A stretch of DNA of 64,000 nt, from positions 72,974,001 through 73,038,000 of the forward strand of contig CM059430.1 in the NCBI GenBank assembly GCA_030390025.1, given 5' to 3'. Under the pieces are notes generated by a model. The model had not been told where the DNA came from and searched no databases. It saw only the letters and a list, made by a program, of their open reading frames with translations. Both the position numbers and the translations under genes were made by a program. This document shows, piece after piece, positions 59,337-64,000 of this stretch (position 1 is the first letter of the stretch; every line of letters begins with the position of its first letter). The stretch is from Squalus acanthias. Its lineage: Eukaryota.

Positions 59337-59648
59337 CAGATACAGCCAGTTGTGCACCAGTTGCGTTTCCTATAGATTTTTCCTGATATGTCACTGCACA
59401 GTAATACATTCCGGCGTCCAATATATTCACATTCAGAATGTGAAAGTTGCTAGAGCTTCTCTTTGTTTGGAACACTTTCCCACTGTCTGGTTGTAAGTAT
59501 CTGTTGTACCCGTGTCTCCACCAGGACACCATAATTTCTCCGAGCTCTTGATAAAGCGGGAAAGTGCAATAGAAAGAAACATTTGAACCAATGAGCGTGA
59601 TCTTTCGTTCATTGAGCTGAGTTACTTTGGCCGATGTTCCAAGAAACA
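59337..59648 (-). CDS. Gene B exon 2: end of signal peptide and Ig V-set domain with J-like G-strand
   Basis: ttttttgacag| acceptor and G|GTATG donor, 312 nt, phase 1/1; KVTQ, NVSFYC, VSWWR, ILNVNILDAGMYYCAV, GNATGAQLAVS. Confidence 0.95.
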
Positions 59649-60017
59649 CTGTCAAAAAAATAAAAAATAATTCGATTACATCGTTCATACATGGGATGTG
59701 TGGCATCTTCTGCCACAATAATACCATCCACCCAGCTAACCAATATATTATTGATTGCATGTACAGATCTGTCTGACTAGTTTAACGCATGCGAATGTGT
59801 TTCTTCGCTAAAGTAGCATGCTTAGTCCCACGTTTATCCCTTATTTTTTCTGATTTATACTGAGAAACACGTGCGATAAAAAAATACATAAACAGAGGAA
59901 ACAACTCAGGAACAGTAGCAATAGCTAAAAATGAACATTATAGCACATGTAAAGGTTTGCTTCATGTATTGTTTCCTGTTTCGCAAAGACGATATATAAC
60001 AAACAAGATTTTTTTAC

Positions 60018-60072
60018 CTGGAGAAAGAATGCCCAGGATGAACATGCGCCGCAGGACATCACCCACAACCAT
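60018..60072 (-). CDS. Gene B exon 1: signal peptide
   Basis: MVVGDVLRRMFILGILSP, CAG|GTAAA phase-1 donor; joins VFLGTSA/KVTQ; an in-frame upstream ATG exists at 60144. Confidence 0.8.
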
Positions 60073-60159
60073 ATCGATAAGATCACTTTTGGAAAATGAG
60101 AGCGGAGTTGCAGAACATGTGAGTAAAATGGAAATGGTGGGCATTATAATCTGGTAAGT

Positions 60160-60225
60160 ACCTATGACGTGAACATTACATATTTCGATCAACGCCCCTT
60201 TCAAAATTCCACTTCCTCCTGAGCG
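60160..60225 (-). promoter_or_regulatory. Putative proximal promoter of gene B (ETS/PU.1 box and CRE-like site)
   Basis: GAGGAAGT at 60218-60211 and TGACGT at 60165-60170, 90-150 nt upstream of the ATG. Confidence 0.4.
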
Positions 60226-61729
60226 TTGTTTTTAGAAGAAATTAATGTCAAGAACTGATCCATCTGTAACAAAGACTGGGGTAGATTATGAAGTCGTGCA
60301 CGACTAAAAATGCCCATCATGATTCAGTTCTTCACCGGATTTGCATGAATGAGTTCAGCTATTGTTGTAGGAGATTTATTTTTAAGGCAGATGCAATAAT
60401 TCTACAGAGGTTCAAAATTATTTTCGGATCCCTTTTAGAAACGTAAGTGCAAGATGATGTAGACTATTTTAATCACTTCAAATTAATAATTTTAATGATT
60501 AATTATTGCTGATGAATCCAAAAGTTCGTTGGACCCATTGTTGATTTAGCGATGAACACTTAAATTTAAATAAGATTTTATTCTCATGCTAATTCATCGC
60601 GGGAAATATAGTTTGGAAATGATAAGGTGCTCTGATAAATTGTTGCGTAAAATAACAATTACAACAATAGGTTCATGCTTCAATTTGCATACGATATAGA
60701 GAGTAAACAAAATGTATTTCAATGAACATGCAGAGGTGTAAGTTTTTTTCAAATTACTTTTACAGATGTGAGTACCAAATGTAGACGTAGGTAAATTGTT
60801 AGTATAGTATACACAGTAAGGTAGCAACATCAAGTGCACATCAATGTCAAAGTCACAATATAATTCGGAGTCACGTCTGTCATTGAGAATAGAACACTGA
60901 TTAGATAGAGTGTAAAACCTCTTCTGCCTGGAACATAGGTCCAGGAATACATATAGCACAGCTCAACAAGAATTGGGCACTTAATAAATTTACGGGGGGA
61001 AATTGAGTAGGAAATATAAGCTTCCAGATGTTGGTGTGACCTTATTGTATCTGCTATTATGAGGTGTTAAGTGGCTTACTTCAGTTATTTGGCATTCATA
61101 CCTCTTAATGTTATACGATAGGATTCACTGCCACACTTCTCTGCTCGTAACTTTGGTGGAGTGGATCTCTTCACAAGTATATGAGGACGCACGCACAAAG
61201 CTCTCTCCTGGTCGGTATAAACAATTCGCAGCCTGCTTTATAAATAAAGTCTGTGTGGCTTCGATTCACACATCCCCGATTTGGGTTTGCGATCAACAAT
61301 GTAATAGAAGTCCAACCGAAACTAAACCATAAGGTGAAGCAAGCAGATGGAAACATGACAGAAAAGTGATTATTCCAGCAGGGCTCTGCGGATGCGAGGG
61401 CTACCGAAAAGCGTTTCTATTATGTTACAATCATAACTTTTAGTTACCTTTTAAATTGTAGTGATTTTATTTACGAGTAGATAATAAAGTCCTTTAACAA
61501 CGGTGTCCTGAGAAGAAAATGAGCCAAGATTATGCCACAGAGGATTCCGCCAATGTCCCACCGATGTTGCTGCAGAAGTTGTTGGTGAAACGTTTTCATT
61601 TGCAGCGCATCTCCAGAAAATGTCAGTAAAATGAAATGTGCATTTAATTGGAGGTAGTAGTTTGAAAAAAAATCTATTACAAGTGGTTCCAATCTGCGCC
61701 TGTTGGGGGAGATGCGACCTCTTGCAAAG

Positions 61730-62320
61730 AAAGCATGCTGGATCCTTGACATTGTAAATAGAGGCATAGCGTACCAGAGCAGGTACATTTTACTAATCCT
61801 TTATAAATCACTGGTTAGGCCTCATAAGGAGTATTGTGTAAAATTCTGGGCACCACACTTAGGAAGAATGCCAAGGCCTTAGAAAATCATAGGCACTTCA
61901 GTTATCTGGAGAATAGATACGCTGGAATTGTTCTCCTCAGTGCAGAGAAGGTTCATAGGAGATTTAATAGAGGTGTTCAAAATTATGTGTGGTTTTGAGA
62001 GAGTTAATAAGGATAAACTGCTTACACCTGTGGGATAGTCGGTAACCAGAGGACAGGGATTTAAGATAATTGGCCAAAGCACCAGAGGTGAGATGAGATT
62101 TTTTTTTACGCAGCGGGTTGTTATATTGTAGAATGCATTGCCTGAAGGGGGTGGGAGCCTATGGAATAGTACATTTCAAAATGGAATTTTAGTTATACTT
62201 GCAAAGGATAGCTTTGCACGGTTTTGGAGAAAGAAAAAGGAAGTGCGACTAATTGGATAGTTGTTTCCAGTAGCCGGCGGATGCAGTTTGGGCCGAATGC
62301 CTAATTCTGTGCTGCATGCT
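61730..62320 (+). mobile_element. Decayed CR1 3' fragment
   Basis: ggttaggcctcataaggagtattgtgtaaaattctgggcacc; ggagatttaatagaggtgttcaaaatt. Confidence 0.8.
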
Positions 62321-63504
62321 TCTTTGAATCTTAAGCAAATGGCTACAGAAACGCAAGCCACTTAATCATTTGGGACTCGCATTTTTTATTTGCCTTTTAC
62401 AGGTGAATTTTGTGGGTCTTGAGGTAGGTTCTAAAAGGGGCACAAGAACTGTCGCACAGTTGTTTCTTTCGTAGTCCGGCCCTGTTAATACAAAAAATAG
62501 CCAAGTGGTGAAGAAGGAAATCTACCCAGCTTGTGTTCCTAATATTAGCAACATGAGAACGATGAAAGATAATGGGTTCGTTCATTGACATTTTATCGGC
62601 ATGATTTTGCGGGAATCCCCACTCTCTCGCCGTTAATTTCGATGGAAACTCTGGAGAAACCACGTAAGCGGCCAATTTACGTGGTCTCTGTGGGGTATTC
62701 GACAAATCTGTCGTCGACCCGCCGCGGAAGTTCCAAAGAAATATTTTGGGATTTCCAGGCGTGTAATTGGTCTGCGAAGCACCGCCAGGAACAACTATGC
62801 AGCACACAAAGACCAAAAGAGTGACATCTCTGGGCTTTGCTGGTAACTACAGAAAATATAAATTTAAACGAAAATGGCAATTACTTCCAATTATATCTTG
62901 ACTAATGGGGGTAGATTTATAAACACGTACTGCTGTCATTTATTGGAAAGAGGGTAGGAGAAAGAAAATGATATATTTTTAAATTGGAGGGACAGTAATT
63001 TCATAAATATAAGTCTTTATGTTACTGGAGACTCTTTTGCTTTTGGCAGTGTAATCCACAAATTGTACGGACTGCAGAAGGATGGTTCAATAAAGAGCTG
63101 ATTCCGATGTTCCTCAATTTATTTGACACGAATCCTGCTCTGAAAGCAACATAATATTTACGTTACAAATATGAAGTCAGTTATTGAATTATTACTCTTA
63201 TACCGACAGCAAATCTGGACTTTTTGATTACCTCTGGATAAGTTTAAAGCAAAAAGCACAACCAACACATGGAACAAGAATTTCGGTACATGTGTTACCA
63301 ATGTAGTAATAAAAATATTTTGAAATACTTTACAAATTTTACGTTATTTCTAGACTTGTTTTTAATGGAGAGAAAATTTCGCTGCAAAGAACCTAATACT
63401 AAAATCAAATCAACGTTTTACGTCCTTTTGGTATTACAGTTATCTTAATTATGTATACACTATTCTGCATGAGATAAGGTTTGTTTTCCCCTATTTTTTA
63501 GTAT

Positions 63505-63745
63505 TTTGTATACAGGGCTATTGCTCTACATGGGTGCACAGCATATTTTCAACAATGATGTACAGACTATTGTTAAAATAGTGGATATTACATTGTAAAA
63601 ATTAGTGCACAGAATACTCTGAACAATGGTGTACAGAACATCCTCAACAATGATATATAGAACATTCCCAACAACGGTGTCCTGAACATTGTCAACATTG
63701 GTATACAGGGCATTCTCATCAGCAGTGTACAGAACATTCCCGCAG
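63505..63745. repeat. Degenerate ~24-bp minisatellite
   Basis: gtacagaacattctcaacaatggt-like units in tandem. Confidence 0.7.
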
Positions 63746-63759
63746 GGATCTATGTGTCC

Positions 63760-64000
63760 CGCAGCGATCTGTGCTGGGACCTCAAATATTCACAGTATTT
63801 ATTAACGACTTCGATGATGGCATAGAAAGTCATATATCCAAATTTGCAGATGAGACAATGATAGGTGGCATTGTAGACAGTTTAGATGAAAGCATAAAAT
63901 TACAAAGGGATATTTATAGATTAAGTGAATGGTCAAAACACTGGCAAATGGATCTCTTTCCTCCTTTAAGACGCTCTTTAAAACCTACCTCTTTGACCAA
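63760..64000 (+). mobile_element. CR1 RT fragment followed by an L2 3' fragment
   Basis: gtgctgggacctcaa...aaatttgcagatga; then ctttaagacgctcttaaaacctacctctttgaccaa. Confidence 0.75.

Noticed and set aside
16564-60072. Assigning a symbol such as NCR3LG1, SIRPA/B, NCR3 or TAPBP
   Set aside because: Features are shared with several families; orthology needs phylogeny and synteny that I cannot run
63024-63140. Acceptor followed by an open phase-2 frame, as the last exon of a further upstream paralogue
   Set aside because: No recognisable motif and no partner exon within the window

Overview
Repeat-rich eukaryotic DNA, most likely from a cartilaginous fish (shark). This is inferred from an HE1-type V-SINE, CR1 LINEs with (CATAGAA/CATAAGAA)n tails and shark-type Penelope-like termini. 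Most of the window is decayed, often nested CR1, L2 and RTE LINEs, a PIF/Harbinger remnant, palindromic MITEs, SINEs and tandem repeats. Two tandem, paralogous, minus-strand immunoglobulin-superfamily receptor genes lie among the repeats; the ORF track shows them only in fragments. Both have the layout leader / one-exon V domain ending in a J-like G-strand (no RSS seen) / C1-set domain / 115-nt TM exon with a conserved Arg at the start of the membrane segment. Gene A (exons 26530-26464, 26280-25960, 24691-24386, 16678-16564) splices in frame to a 268-aa protein. It has a very short tail, lacks the canonical B-strand Cys and carries 7 N-glycosylation sequons in V; apparent vestigial cytoplasmic exons with a decayed ITIM-like motif lie downstream. 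Gene B (60072-60018, 59648-59337, ~57822-57516, 56120-56006, probably 54748-54664) has a +1 frameshift and a GT>AT donor loss in its C1 exon next to an assembly gap, so it is a pseudogene, a C1-skipping form or an assembly error. I read the pair as part of a cluster of non-rearranging, antigen-receptor-like (SIRP/B7-H6/NCR3-like) activating receptors. A Penelope-type minimal hammerhead ribozyme with a target-site duplication is also present. All exon calls were made by hand from splice signals and reading phase, with no database search.
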